A stretch of 63,698 nucleotides of DNA, the filler included, from Phoronis australis (taxonomy: Eukaryota > Animalia > Phoronida), in the NCBI GenBank assembly GCA_002633005.1. It is 8 parts of 8 records of this genome, joined end to end, with 100 filler letters (N's around TTAATTAATTAA, not from the genome) between each part and the next. Parts side by side here need not be neighbours in the genome. Positions count along the whole stretch, not along the records: positions 1 to 28,125 come from NMRA01001306.1; 7 more parts are not named here. One strand, 5' to 3'. Of the stretch, positions 1-14,900 are shown piece after piece. Below the pieces are notes generated by a model that ran no database searches, had not been told where the DNA came from, and saw only the letters and a program-made list of their open reading frames with translations. Every line of letters begins with the position of its first letter. Position 1 is the first letter of the stretch. A program made the position numbers and the translations under genes.

Positions 1-769
1 TCGCCCATTTAAAAATCCTGGATCTGCCAATTCAGTTACTGTGCGGCCATAGCTTTTTACATTTTGGAGGCGCTTTTTGCGTTATATATTCACAGAAAAT
101 GATGAATTTACTTTGGTCTGAGGTGTTTGCTTTCTCCGACCAAGTTTGGGACACTGAGAGGGATGAAGTTTTCTTAATATTTGTCAAGAAGTGATTCAGT
201 ATAAAAGCCAACAAGTACAGTCTATACCAAAAATCACAAAAGTTTTTTTTGAGACTTGGCATATGAGTTTGGTTTGGTGAGAGGTACAAAAATCTCGCTT
301 TTGAAGAATTTTCATCCATTGGTTCTCTTTTCATGATCTGTGCCTCCATTTTCTAACGAAATTAGGTGCCGAAGTAGACATGTTTAAATGCATTTTATTG
401 GCATGTAGAGGAAACTGATGACAAATGAGTGATACGTTTTGAAAGGACTGCGATTGAATAATTTAATGGCATAACTATCGAATTCACTTTCCAATTTGCA
501 TAATTTGATTTTGTGTGGCAAAAATACCTATTTTCGGCCAAATTTGGCACTCCGTAGCACCATTATAGCAGTTTTCCAAAAACTGACCTTATAATAATTT
601 GTTTAGTCATAATCAGGCAATGAGTGGAATGAACATATACACAGCGAAATAAACAGTGAAATACACGTGACAGTGGAAAGAGGGGCATGCAAGCAGAGAG
701 TGTGAATGCAACAGACGGTAGGAAGCCCGCAACCCTATCGAAACAGAGCCAGCGTGCGGTACATCAATC

Positions 770-1830
770 ATCAATGCACCTGTGACCTGCTCATTCAGCA
801 CAGGTTTTTCGTGACTAATTAATAGCGATTCCACAATCTTTAGCCGAAATGTGTCATTTTCAACATAGCGAATGATGGTTTAGTCTACTATTTCTTGCCT
901 TCTTATTTTCCGGCCATGTTGGTGTACAAAATGATCTTGAATGGATCCCCTAACCTGCAAGTGCATAGACAACCGTTGCGAGAGAGAACACACCGTGTGT
1001 TCAAAGTAACGCTGCTCAGGAGAATGATGACGAAGACATGATATGACATGTGAATTGGTAAACAACATTATATTTGGCCACTTGACGTAATCTTTCACGA
1101 TTGAGGTTGTTTGTCATGACAATTAATGTGACGTGACTTTATATTCTGTCAACACATTCAATCTGTCACCTGGTTTGACCCTTGCAATCTTTTTAAGCAC
1201 ATGTTCGTCAATCAGTGGCATACAGTTCTTATAATGCGCGTTCTTAGTGGTACTAGTACTAGGTTCAGTGTCTACATGAGTCGATCCTAGATATGAAAGA
1301 CCTAACATGGTTATCAACAAAAGAATTAGTATAACTATTGTTAAGTAGAACTTGTCGGATGCGTTGAACTTCAAAGTTGCATGCTTGCCAATCAGATGAT
1401 ATCTGGTGCGACCCTCTTGAGGTAACTAGTCAAAACCGCTAACTTGTAGCGTTCGGGGCAATCACTTTTAGCATGTAAACAGGCACCAATATCCGTGGGT
1501 TTATGATAAACTGAAGTACGAAACTCACCGTCACAATAATGTACAAGGACATCGAGAAAAGGCAACTTTTCACAGACAGGCAACTCATACATGAACTTAA
1601 AATTGGACTCAAGCAAGGCCTGAAGGTACAACAGTTCATCAATTTACAAAGACATAGCGGACATAAATGGCAATTTTGCCGATATGCTGAACGATCCGTT
1701 TTTCAACTTCTGACATGTGTATTCTGAGAACGTTGGGCCTAACGGCGAACCGCGAACTTTTCAGGATCACTAATTAATCGACAAAGTTTGTCAGAATATT
1801 CGGCTTTGTTCATAATCACATACTTTGCGT
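770..1830 (-). mobile_element. Degenerate Penelope-like retroelement (RT + GIY-YIG fragments)
   Basis: Colinear frameshifted fragments on minus: YVIMNKAEYSDKLCRLISDPEKF (RT N-term), LPFLDVLV...FRTSVYHKPT...LHAKSDCPERYK (RT thumb), NVVYQFTC, LSQRLSMHL...GSIQDHF and ESLLISHEKPVLNEQ (GIY-YIG endonuclease). Confidence 0.8.
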
Positions 1831-1849
1831 TCAAAGAAACTGAAGAAAA

Positions 1850-2215
1850 CGGAAAAATGAAATTGCTACAAAGGGGCACAGCGCTTGTCGGATACGTACG
1901 AAAGTCGTCGTCGTCTTTTGTCATCTTCACATAAACACACTTGCCACATTTAATAAATGATTCTACAGAGGGTTTAGGAGATACCGCCATGGGCGCAAAA
2001 AACAGATCTGCCACTAGGCGGCACCACAGCAGTCGAAATCATCGTCAGTCGTTCTCTTCACAGTAGGAACATATATGCTAATTTTCACTTTCATCCTCGG
2101 AGTGGTTTGGTTGATAGAGGGGAGGACGCCAAAAAGGTTTGGAAATAGTAAAAATGGCCACTAGGCTGCGCAAAATATCTCGAATCCACACAAAAATAGG
2201 AAGGTAGCGTCATCT
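1850..2215. repeat. Copy of the ~430-bp repeat that is tandemly arrayed at 60940-61933
   Basis: Shared blocks such as gggtttaggagatac, gccactagg.ggc, ggtttggttgatagaggg and aaaatggccactagg. Confidence 0.8.
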
Positions 2216-2221
2216 TATTAA

Positions 2222-4220
2222 AGGAGAATGCCACCCAAAAAACATTTTGTATCAATTTAGATCGATGACAGCAATTACCACAGGTTTTTTATCTGACACC
2301 TGACGGCAGACGAAGGTGTTGAAATTAACCAATGACATCAGAGGTTAGAACGTAGTCTGTTCAGCAGTTCACAACACGCTTACTGGTGTAAGCTTATCAC
2401 TTGAATTCATCGTTTCACACCAATAAATCATCAAAATTAGATGTAAAACCCTTACAAATACATCGAGTTATTGAACATACGTGTTATTTTTGGCTGTTAC
2501 GGATTTATAAGTGTTTGAACGTACCGTAGCCTACAAATTAAGCCTTCGGTACTTTAGGCCAATTTATCAAGGTCGGTTGCAGGAGTATGGGATCTGTTCG
2601 GTGATAAATTTGAATTATCCGTCCGTGAAATACAGACAGGAGAACATAGCTGTGTGCTGTAATTTTAGACTTGCGATTTTTTCAGTTCTAAACACACAAA
2701 ACGCTTGCTATCCCGGCCAGTGGCTCGGAACCCGATCAGGCCCATCGCGGCCGGAATGAAGACATCGTGAACACTGATAAACCAGCCAAAGTTGGAAACT
2801 AAACTTCCACATTCACGAAAAGACTACACTAATGAGCCAAAGAAATAATGTGCTCGTGATTATTTTGGAGAATTAACCGCTTAACTACAAATCTACTTAC
2901 GATCGTTGGGGGCAGCGAAGTCAGTTACCCTTCCACAGAACCGTCAGGGCAAAAGTTGTACAGTAACAATGAATGAAATAATGTATTTAATATCTAAATA
3001 AAGATTCCCCTAACATCTGACCAAAGGGATATAAAATGGAGTAATTGTTTTACAACAGCTTTCTGTCAGCACACACTGCAATTAGCATGCCCTCACACGG
3101 CCTCGGTGCCAGGTCAATTAGTTTATTGCATCTAAAGCCGGTAACGCAGTGATTTATTTATTACTGGATTCTCAAAACATTTGCACTAACGAACACTCCA
3201 AGGCACGACAAATTGTATCTAATGAGACAGACTTTGTTTCAGTTTTATATAAGCATCAGTTAGGGTGAGAATAATTAATTTTGTAACAGAGCGAACAATA
3301 ATAACCGTCAACGTGGCAACTAGTCACAATCCCGACTTAGACCGTGAGAGCTCATCCGACGAAGACTTCACAGGTCGATCGTTAGGTTTCACACGCTATC
3401 AGTGCGAAAAAGAATATACTGATCAACAAACACTAGAGGCTCCGTGAACGTGCACGACAACGGAACATTTGGATAGTTCCGAAAATCCTTTGAATGACTT
3501 GTCATGGTCTCAGTGAGCCAACTGCATGATAATATAAACGACTTACGCTTGCATTTGCTGCCACTCCGCAAGTGAAACGCCTTCTTGGAGGAGCGCAGAT
3601 GTGTCTCACGGACCATCCTGATTTTGTACCGCATCTAAACAGAGGTGTGCTAGCGACGTTTTTAGGGCTGAGAAAAAGAACTGGCAAAAACATCCTACAC
3701 CCAGAGGACCAAACGGAAATCTCACGAAAGAGTCAGTCACTAAACAGGTTATATAAAACGTTATGTTCTCACGCCTTGAATTAATTGTAATTGCTCATGT
3801 TTTCGTGGCCAACTACAATTATCTATAATCAAAAACTGATCAACAACCGAACCAATGAAATGCCAGCCACTGACAGACACCGCCGATGAAGTTTCACGGC
3901 CTCATACTTGCTATTAACGACGCACTTTTCATTCTGACTACCACGAGCCACTCCCGAAGCATTATGGGCTCTCGAGGAAACCGAAAAACGATACACCCAC
4001 TTTTCTCGCAGCCACATAGTTCGCACAAGCGGGAACGATACACCACACCATAGCGGCACTCACTCTGCAAAAGAACCAGTGACGTCGCTGCGTCGTTTTT
4101 CACCTTCCTCAAAGGTTAACGCGACACCTCTCGGCGAGGTAAGATCGACGGTATACGAGGTGATGTGGTTGTAGACCGATTGAGACTGTAAAAAGACTAA
4201 TTAAATGGGGTGGCATTCTC
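2222..4220. mobile_element. Internally deleted Kolobok-like DNA transposon
   Basis: TTAA at 2218-2221, then TIR aggagaatgccaccc, matched by gggtggcattctc at 4208-4220 (an n follows, so the right TSD is not visible). Plus-strand relic SSSDEDF..YQCEKEY..CLTDHPDFVPHLNRGVL (KolX/P2X7-ballast-like) converges on a minus-strand THAP-like relic (VFRFPREPIMLREWL). Confidence 0.65.
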
Positions 4221-7200
4221 NTGGCCGGGAAATGGCGACAAGTGTTAATCCAACCATAGATTATAGACAACAGATTCGCAACTCCGACATTTTCCTTTGG
4301 ATTAGCCACTCTCTTCAATTACCAGTCTCAGCTTCCGGTTAATGTATTGTAGCGGGACATGTTTGCGTCTATTTAGTGTCTAGTACAACGACTGAAATAA
4401 TTACGGCATGGAAACGCTGTTCAAAGTCTTCCAATTGTAGAACTCTTGGCAAAGCCACAGGTCATTTAACTGCAAAATTCAAACTTAAGTGCCGACTAAT
4501 TTTATCGTCTGCCTGCACATAGCAGCGTTACACGAACAGGTTGGTATTCAAGGTTCATGTACTGAGAAAATTACAAAAGCGTACTTGTGCAAAAATTATA
4601 CGGAGTATCAATGAGTGTTAAAGGAATATATAACATTTTTGTTTCAGAAATTGATTAATTCTCTTAGGAGTAAAATGTGCCTCGGCAACGAATTCACAAC
4701 GTCCATTTATAATTACACGTTCTTTTTTGAGGTGATATATATCTAGTGAAGAATACACAGAACATAAAAGGAAAATAATGACAAACCCAGAAATTGTGAC
4801 TGGAGGCTTTTATATCTAGGTTGTAGACAGTACATAGATGAAAGTAGTATATATAGAACTATATACATGTAAGTAGTATCTAATATAAATATTTGATATT
4901 TCAGAAATGCTATTACAAACATATTAAAAACAAAAACACGTACAGGTATGGAAATCAGAATCTAAACGTTCTTAAGTGAACAGTTTTTGAGAAGTGTTAA
5001 GTGGCCGTTCAAAGGGCCGTTATGTTGTATTGTGTATGAGCCATAGGTATAGTTTGAAATGAACCGTCGAATAATCCAACTTAGGTCGCAATACCGTGCT
5101 CACTCAAATACTGAAGGCCCGGTTTCTTCATTCAAATTTTCATCAGGGAAGGTTGGATGAAAACAAAGATGACTATATCGATGACAGTTCTAACACCTTA
5201 AATAGATGTTACGGTTTACCGACGTTATCACGAACACTGTCTCGTTCAGTTCCTGTTCCTGGATCCACAAGTAATCATGAACCGTAGGGAAAAAAGACCG
5301 ACAACACAACGACCCAAATTTCGAAAGTCATCTCCTTCGTACGATTCTGAGTTGATATCACCAGATTGAAGCTCCAACATTCATGACATAAACCGACGTG
5401 TCAACTGATGGAAAATTGCATACGCTCTCATTTATTGTTTCTAAGAAAGGGGCGTGTTGGTTTGGCCCATGTTGATGGTGCATACTTTTTTAACAATACG
5501 TTATTTGTCATTATACTGAAATGCCTGAAAATTTTCATTTTCCGAATACACGCCCGTGGTCTTAGATGTGCAGGCCCGTAGGGGTGGTTCGAATTTCTAG
5601 TACGGTGGACCATTGATATTTTACAAATGTCGACATTGTAGAGTTTTCGGTAAGGCCCTTGTCACAGCTTAACTAGGGGGGGGGGGGAATCTATATACAC
5701 AACAGCCTCGTAATACCAGAAATGAGGATGCCTTGACGGTTGCTCACAAAGAACGGGGTCCAAATTCGGACGTAATGTGGTCCAGAAAGAGGATGTTCCT
5801 GCGTTACCCTCTTCCAAACTTTCAAACCGGGCTTGCTTAAATGAGTGATTGCGCCTCAATACATACTCAGATGCAAAATATTCAATCGGAGCATGATCGA
5901 CTTGTACATTTGATCTGATTGTATTTTACGTGTTACTTAACTTGCTTACATCGTTGGAAATGGGTACAGCCCAGTATTGCAAAGGTTCACTACTCTGAAG
6001 GTTCACTATTTCGAAGGTTCATTACTCTGGAAAGATCTAAAATTTCAGATATCCCCTTTTACCTTCAAAAATAAACGACACTTCGGTTATTATATGCACT
6101 ATGTGGTGTACCTATGCTCAAACAACGCCCGGATTTCATGGGCGTGCGAAATTTCCCGCACGTCTTTCGAATACGGAAAATGAGTACGTACTTGAAATTT
6201 TAAAAGATATATTACAGGCCCGTAGGAAGGCAAAAATTATTGGGGGGCACAAACCATTTCGACGTCGCCAAATAATTGCCCCATCGCCACCACCTCCGCT
6301 ACCCCCACCCCTCCTCGCCTCCCGTCCGTCCTCCCGATGCCACCATATTTGTATCGAATCTCCCACGTGGGGAGGCTCAGTGGCGGATTTAGGGGGCCAA
6401 GACGCATGACCCCCTAAAATTCTCCCAGATTCCATTTGGTAGTTCGGAGGTGCAAATTTCTGACTGGTGAAACCCTGGTTAATACTCTGCTCTACCCCCC
6501 AGCTCAAAATCATGGATCCGCCTCTGGGACAATCCCTGGGATCCAGTCATTAACAGTTGAGTAACCGTGAACCAACACAAAGAGTAAGAATGGGCCTAAA
6601 ACCAGTACACTGACCTGTAGCGAGGTACTCAAGCTCAACTATGATTCACTTGAGACAGGCAGCTTCTTAGCTCGTACCGGCCGTCTGCGGTCGTTCTAAG
6701 GTCAAGATTCGTGTTGTTGTGATCCAGTTTCGGGAACACTTTATTTTATTATGGTCATTCTTTCAAAGATTTTTTTGAAGAGATGAGGCCCCGTACTCTC
6801 TGGTATAGTGCCTTTGGGGCTGTTTCAAAATCCCTAGTTGATACAAGACCGGTAGTTCAGTTTCTGGTGGCTGGGGAAAAGGATAGTGTGTCCCAAAAAT
6901 GTACACACTTCCTGAACGCTTGCAGTTCAAATTCAGTCCTTCTGGTTATCACTGAGAGTCTGCGCGGCCTACTGCATGGTTACATCTGTAACGTGGATAC
7001 GTCAGTCAGGAAAAGCAATCAATTCAGTTTTGAAGAAAAAATTAATTACCCTATACTACTGGAAACTAAAAACACCAAGGAACTGCGAAGACAACCTTTC
7101 CAATAAATGAGTTTAATTTTATTTGTTTATTTTTCTACCTACGGTTTGTGTGTACGAATTTTATCAATGTCTTTGAGTTAGATATGCAAAAATCGTCTAA

Positions 7201-8016
7201 GTGTACTTTACTATTTGGCTTGGATTATAGAGTTTTTCCAACTTCAGGCACCTCCCACACCCACCGAACATCGCAAACAGGCTACTCTATTTTGGCGCTG
7301 GCAGGAAAAATTAAAAGTTCGAAAAGAGTAAAACACGGGCACGACTACAAGTTAATAGAAGTACTAGGAAAAGACAACACGTCCATTTTATGTTTCTTGA
7401 CTAAATTACACCATGACATAAGACATCATCAAGATATTGCAACAGCACTTAATACTTCGGTCAAAGGTAACAAAAATTCTGAAGGTGTTACCACGAGAAA
7501 GCTTACCACAGGTTAAACGAAGAAAATTAACTACAAAGACACGGTACAACATAAAACCACTGCAGCAAACCATCACGGTGTTCACATACATGTACATGTA
7601 CTTATAACGCCGATGTTAGGCCTCACAACGTAATACAGCAGGTTTACACCTTTTACTTGGAACTTAAAATGCGCATCTCACTTTAATCTAAAAATGTCCA
7701 GTATTCCTTAAAACAGATTTTGGAAATGCAGGTGACTGAACAACGCTGGCTATCACATGGGGCTTAAAACTGGAGTAAGCTTCACGTGTATTCGCAATTG
7801 TAGACTCGACAGAATACGTACAATCAATCTCCATGTTCTAAGCGCATTTGTAAACCAGCGTTCCTTCGAAGAAAATAACTTTTGATTTAGACTACTTGCC
7901 GCTTTAAAATCGGTTTCAGCTAGTTCCTTACTGAGATGAAAAGCGATTTTTGGTCTTGCAAAGAACCGACAGTTCGTTGTGCTAGAGACAAGAGGAGGCG
8001 AAGTAAATGACACATG

Positions 8017-8275
8017 CAGGGCTTGGAATGACCAGTGACAAAAAAAGAGGAAAATTTTCCATGTGATGTATCACTCCACAAGTAAACAGGCTTGTGAGAT
8101 AGAAATAATTTTGATTCGTGCTCTAAAATTTAAATGAAATAAACGCTTTTGCATGAATAAAGTAAAAATAATGATAAAAAAGAGAATAAAAGGGAAAAAA
8201 TTGGAAATCAATTAAGAGGAAATTGAAACCAAAAAAGAGGAAATCCTCTTAAAAATGGAAAATTCCAAGCCCTGC
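8017..8275. mobile_element. MITE
   Basis: Terminal inverted repeats cagggcttggaat / attccaagccctg around A-rich filler. No TSD recognised. Confidence 0.55.
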
Positions 8276-8927
8276 ACCTGCCTCAAATCAACTGTAGAGA
8301 CCAGTTTCCATCGAAAAATAATCTCTCAGTAATTTTTAAGCCTAGACATGACATTTACTTTGCTTACCGAAGAATTTTGAGACATGTTTCACAATCCTTG
8401 AGGTATGGAGCCTAAATCGAAAGTTGTTTTTAGTGAGGGAAGGCAGATTTATACCTGTTTTAGGCCGACCGATTGACATTGAGACCTCGACCTGAACTAG
8501 ACCTGTTTAAAACTTGAAATGTAACATCCCTTCAAACAGACACAACAATAACACTTTAATAGTTATCATTGAATCTCTATAAGACTTCCGTCGACATCAG
8601 CCACCAGGTTCGCATGCATCCAATGTGCAGGTCTTTGAAGCTGATAATTGCGGAGCATATCCACTACTATCAATGAAGGTACAAGCACCGAGCAAGAGCG
8701 ACTGATTCCCCAGCTGGGAATTCGTTTGACACTGAGAATGTTGCTCGATTTTTTTCAATTTCTCGCTACAGTCCCCAACAATATACAAATCATGTTCTGA
8801 AACAAAATCAGACACACGAAATTCTAGCAAAGGCTGGCCATTCCATTGTTCTTTGTAAACCACTACCCGAAGTGTACATTGCGTTTTTACATGGCACTCA
8901 TTTCACCAAAGGCTGAATCGCCCACAT

Positions 8928-11900
8928 TCACAATGGAGAGTTGGGTTGTTCTGCCTGCTGCGGATGCTGTGGCGATTGTTCAAGTTCCTTGGTGGATAAG
9001 GCTATCGGCGCCGGGACTGGGACTTCAACTGTGACAGGTGCTGTTGGTTGGGGAGACTGCAATGACAGTGCAGTGGTCGCCTCATTTGCCACAAGGACCG
9101 AGGGTTCAATTTCAGGTACGGGAGGGGTTGCCGACTGTAGTGGCCTTGATTGTGCATGTGACAAGGCATCTGACACGGGGGCAGGGGCATCTGCTTCGCA
9201 AACGGGAGGGGTTGCCGAGGGTGGTGGTGGCGATGATTGTGCACTTGTCAGAGTCTCTTCAGTTTCTCCTACGGCAGGAGATGCCTTTATTGGAGAATGT
9301 GGCACTGGTGGTGATTGTGCGTTGTCAGGAAGATGTGGAACTGATGTATTGAGATCTACTGGGAGGAGAGGTTTTGGTGGTTGTGCTTCTAAAAGGGGTT
9401 TCGGAGGTGATAACAGGGGCTTCGGTGGCTGTTCTGCTAGAAGGGGTTTTAGCTGTGACAGGAGAGGTTTTGGTTGTTGTGCTTGTAAAAGGGGCCGTTG
9501 TGTGAGGGACTTTGGTTCTTGGGAAACGGGTCGCGGAGATGATACTCTTTGTACATTATCCAATATTCGCTGTAAAAAAGCCGGTCGTTCAGGCCTGGGA
9601 GGTACCACAGGCGGCATATTGCCACGGAATGAGGGGTGGCCAGGAGGTGGAGCTCTCCAAAGTTGCCTAGGGGAAGGAAGAGGTGGCCCAGCGGGTGGGG
9701 GAAATCTACCTGGAAATTGTGAAGGTGGCCCTACAGGTGTGGGAGGTCTACCAGAAAATTGTGGAGGTGGTCTTGTGGATGGGGGAGGTCCAGATGGAAA
9801 TCGTGCAGGTGGTCCTTGAGGCGGTGGGGGTCTAGCTGGAAATCGTGCAGGCGGTCCTTGAGGCGGTGGGGGTCCAGCTGGATATTGTTGAGGGGGAGGC
9901 CCATAGTATCCTTGAGGGGGATAACCTGGGGCAGGAAAGCTCTGGTTCGTCCATGTTCCCCACTGGTTGTAACTTCCTTGATTCCAGTAAGACCAGCTGT
10001 TGTCCACGTAACTACTATAATTATACACATTACTGTTTGAATGCTGCCAGTTGTACTGATAATAATCTGCAGGCGAAGACGCGACGGTGTTAGTAACATT
10101 TGATGGCAAGACTGGCGTTGGATTGGGTAATGACGCTCTAACCTGAATACCAGTTGTTTCAGTAATGGCAACGGTGCCAATGCTCTTACATATGGGCACT
10201 GGCACACTGCTAACCACAGCACTTCGATCTACATCCTTCAAACAAGGCAGTTGTGTCGTTGGGACCTTCTCAGGACCTTCTTCTGGCACCATCGTTCCTT
10301 CAGAGTTGGCTAGAGCCACTGCTTTATTGCACACAGCATTCAGCATTTCTCTCTGTTTTGACGTCAATTCTTCAACGGACACTGAGTCTTTCGGAGGTAA
10401 AGGCTTGACCACGGCGGTTTTGGATGACACTTTGGATGACAAGCTGCGATGTTTCTTAATCATCACTACTCGACCCTTGTTAGTGAGTAACAATTTGGGT
10501 TCATTTTTCTTTTCGTGTTCCGATTCCTGAGGACAGAACAACAAGGTAGTTTACACAATGCATTTCAACGATGCCCAAAATAGTCTACTGAATGAGATTA
10601 ATCGCCATATCAAGGGCATCCTATACCTAAGAGAGGAATCAGTACAAAAGGTGAGACGCCTTTTAAACCGTTTTACATAAAAAAATGCCAGAATCAATTA
10701 ATTCACTTATTTACATTTCATTAGCAGAAAATATTTGCCACTTTTGTCTATCACATAATTCACTCAAGCTAACAAGTTCATCAAAATATGAAGACATAAT
10801 AAAGGTTGTTACTTGTGATGTACAACACAATTTCTTTTTCTTTTTTTTTGATATTTGCTGCATCTTCCTGTTCCTTAATCCTTAGTCCCCAGATTTCAGC
10901 AAGCTAGCCCTAAAGCTGATGCATGCCAAAACATTATCTGCACCTCACTGGTGAGTTTAAGTCGGCCATGGCCCCCGAATACTCTCATAGCTTTGAAAAG
11001 TGAAAGCTCATAACAAAGACTTCGATGGGTGGTTAAGGTGTTTGCTATGCTAAATGTTGCAAGTCCATTAAAATAAAATAAAAATAAAATATCCTAACAC
11101 CGTTTACCTCAAATGACAAATGAAATTTAAAACATACTGCGAGTGATGTGTCAGCTTTAAGCCCTGTCATCTCTTCAACACAGGAGTTCTTTTCATCAAC
11201 TGAAGCAGTTGTTTTGTCTTTTGTGTCTAGTGGCTGACAGTCTGTAGCAGGCTGTTTGATCTTTGGCTTAACCTAAAAGTCAGAGCTCGGGTACAACAAG
11301 ATGATCACACAGTGCATGAGGTATAGAATGCTAAAAAGAAACAAGACCGTAAATTACCAATCAATAATTTATTGTAAAAAAGTGGAGTGACTGGAAATCT
11401 TTTAATTTGCAAACTGTAACAGCAGACTTAACAGTCATTGTGCCATTGATGTCAAGTTCTTGACTAGTGAAGTTTTCCCAGATGCCTAAAGACCGCGTCT
11501 ATGAATAGACCAGTCAAAACTCATAGTCTATGTCACAGACACACATCTCCAAGTAGAGAGTGACCACACGCCCTTCAAACAACAATGGCTGTTGGGGAAA
11601 TCAATTTGGACACCAGTTGTGGTAACTGGAATGCTAACAACATTTCGTACTGGTGATAGATATGTGAAAGCAAAGAAGTACAACCTATATTACTGACTGA
11701 TCTTGTCCGTTCATGTCAAATTGATAATTTCAGTGACAATTCACGTTTTATTACATCAGTTTTTAGCAACACTAGAATCAAAAAAACGGAAAATTGCCGC
11801 ACTTCATGGATGTAGCCGGACTCGTATGTCGACACTTGATGTCTGATTGTTTGTATCCTGATGATCTCTAATGAATAGATGAAATGTCGAAGTAATATGA

Positions 11901-14900
11901 ACTTTTTCATTTGTGCGACGATTGTCCGTTTTTTAATTCACATTTTGATACCACCAAGAATTCCAGCCAAAGGTTGTTGCATTAACATCTCAGCTGGCGC
12001 ACCCTTGTGGCTATCACAGTACCAATTGATCTTCAAAATTAGGCAAATTAACAGGAAGTAAAAGTGGCATCAGATGTCCCGATACCAGACTGACCCATGA
12101 GTGACCGTATGTCGGGGTTCAGAGCCTTTCAAATATAACTTAAGACTTCCAAACATGGTGCAGCACAATGTAGGGAGAACACTGTATGTCCACCACAAAC
12201 ACACATGTAACTCTTAATAGAACATACTGTTGTAAAATCAACACTTTAGACTGGAAAATGATTTACATATTTACAAAGCTTGTATGAACTCTCCTTTTAC
12301 CAAAAAGACTTTGGACAAATCACCAATAAAAACTGGTTTTGGCTTGTTCTTTTCACAGACTGAAGTACATGTAGTTCTAGTTGGGAGAATTCACAGTTCA
12401 TTATTGGCTGAGGCCATGATCCCTCAGAAAGACTGAACCAGGAAGCAGCAACTTGACAATGGAGAAAACTGACGAAAACACTTTTGATCAACACTTAAAA
12501 TACAATTCCGCCGTTTTTTCCAGAATAGCAAACCTACCACAAGGCAGAGAGTGCTCGGATAAAAATCTGCCGGGCCAGCTTATGACCAAGGACGATGCAT
12601 AGGATAGAGGATTTAGGGAGTGGTATCCCAACATTTTTCAATTAGTTCACTCAAGCTAGCACAGTATTCTCTTCCCAACACCGAGAGACCCAAGTTTTAA
12701 TATGCATTGGCCACAGACCATAACATGTAATCTTATTATATATGGCGTAAAGCCTTACCTTTTTCACTTTGATTTTGTTTCCATTGAACTGAGTGGAGTG
12801 GAGGTTACTAATACAAGCAGCACACTCTTCTGGCTGATCCATGATTATTTGAGCGTACACTGTTCCCGACTTCTCCTTTGTGTTACCCACGATTTTCGAC
12901 GAAAGCACCTGAGAGAAACCGCAAACCAAAACATTTCACTGAAGTCATTCAAAGTAAATATTGCTGAGTGCTGGCACATGTCAAACCAGAAATGGCACAT
13001 CTTCACTGGTGAGTGATACCATCAAACAAGGACACAGAGCCAACGTCACAAAACTTCAATCTGGCAAATGAACTAATGTCACCAAATGAAATGTTAAAGA
13101 CCTTTTTCTCTACCATACACTCTTCAGACAAACAAATTAAAAAATGCCATTTCTGTTATTTTACTCTTTGCTTTGATTCAAACAAAGTTAAATCCAACAT
13201 TATCCCTGTCTCCTCCCCTGCCGACTATTTCTCAGCTGGTAAAACTGAAAAGTTCCTGTATTAATTACAGCACAACTGTTCACTCCCAGGTGCCTACCTT
13301 TCCATACTCTGCAAACATTTTCTTGACCTCCACTGCTTTTGTCCCTTGAGGCAGGCCACTCACTAGCAGCGGGAAACCAGCCTTGTCGCCTGAAACAGAA
13401 ACAATTGCTTGAGTTGTTCAAGACAAACTTTTGAAAAAATGGCTTCAATAGTAGTGCAGGAAAATGACACCTTAAAAGTTGCAAGAAATCTCATGACAAT
13501 ATTGTCTACGTGCATATCTCAAAGTAAAACAAAAAAATGTTGCATTATCTTAGCCTACTACCAGCTACTCAATGCTACTACACCATCATTCGGAATACCC
13601 CAGGTATTTTCATAGCCAAAAATTTTCCTTGGGAGGTAATCGTTATCTGCCCAGGCGTACAGCCAATCACCTTCAAGTTTGAAAGTCACATGGCTTATAA
13701 AGTTCATACATGAACAGAGGTTAACCACCTGGGGAAGGAGGGTTTGAGGCTACGAAAATATCCAAGAAGTTCCAGAATTAGATCATTTGAAACAAAACAG
13801 TACCATGTAAATATCATGAACCCAGGCAATGACAAGTGTTTTAGCAAACTTACTTGTAATCTAACAGCTTTGCTTAACAGGCATAACAGTTTTGATAAAA
13901 TCACAAAATGCAATGAAGTATCTTTTTCTAACATAATTGAGTTTGCTTAAAATCCAGAAAATTTGACTGCGTAATTACTTGAAAGATTGCGGACAATTAA
14001 TCACAGCTAGTGTTGTAGAGTCTGAGCTGTAAACAACACACTGAACTTTTTGTCATAACTCATCTGAAAATGCAACCAGATTAGGATTTAGATGTTCCAT
14101 GCTCAAGTAAATGGCTTACAAGATGTGTTTTCCAATTTAGCCTTCTTAGATGGAGGCTTCTCTGGTTGTAACAGGAGATTCTCTGACAATTTCGCAATTC
14201 CTGCTTGGATTTTTGACTGTCCTGTTGAATCCTGGACTGTTGAGTTATGAGAAGTTTGACTTTCTGGCAAGGGTACCCCACTAACACCCATGGCATTCAT
14301 ATCTTGTGACTCGTGTCTGGACAAGGGTACAAAGTCATGACGTACTACTTCTGAGGTGTTTGCACAAGGAGTGATACACTTCCTTTTTGTACTGTGTTGA
14401 CTGCTACTTTCTACTGGACATTGCTCGGAGGATTTGGATTCTTTTGTTACGTTTGATACGCTGCAGTTCATGTCAAGATTTTCTTTTGGAACCGGGTTCA
14501 TTAAATTCGACCCTGGCACATCCATGGGTGGGTCTGCGGAAGAGCAGAGTTTCAAAGAACTTTCATGGTCCTCGTTAACTGTCGCACTTGTAGTTTGTTT
14601 TTCAGCTACCTCAACATCATGTGAGTCTAAGAAAGGTATTGCATTAGAAGAGGCTGTCAATGTTCCTTCACTTTGTATTATTCTGCTGAACAGATTTTGA
14701 GATTCATCGCTTTCATCAGCGTCTTCCTTTTGCAAAACGTCATTGGCCACAGATCCATTACCACTATCCTCAAGAGGTTTGTCATCTTCGCGAACACACA
14801 GAGTTTCTGACTCCATATCATTAGTGCCGTCCTCTCCACTATTGACTGGTGACTGTGAATGCCATGCATCAAGACTAATAGTAAAGGCATCACCAATCTG

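Noticed and set aside
8941-9819. 292-aa Gly/Cys-rich plus-strand ORF
   Set aside because: Antisense shadow of the Pro-rich exon.
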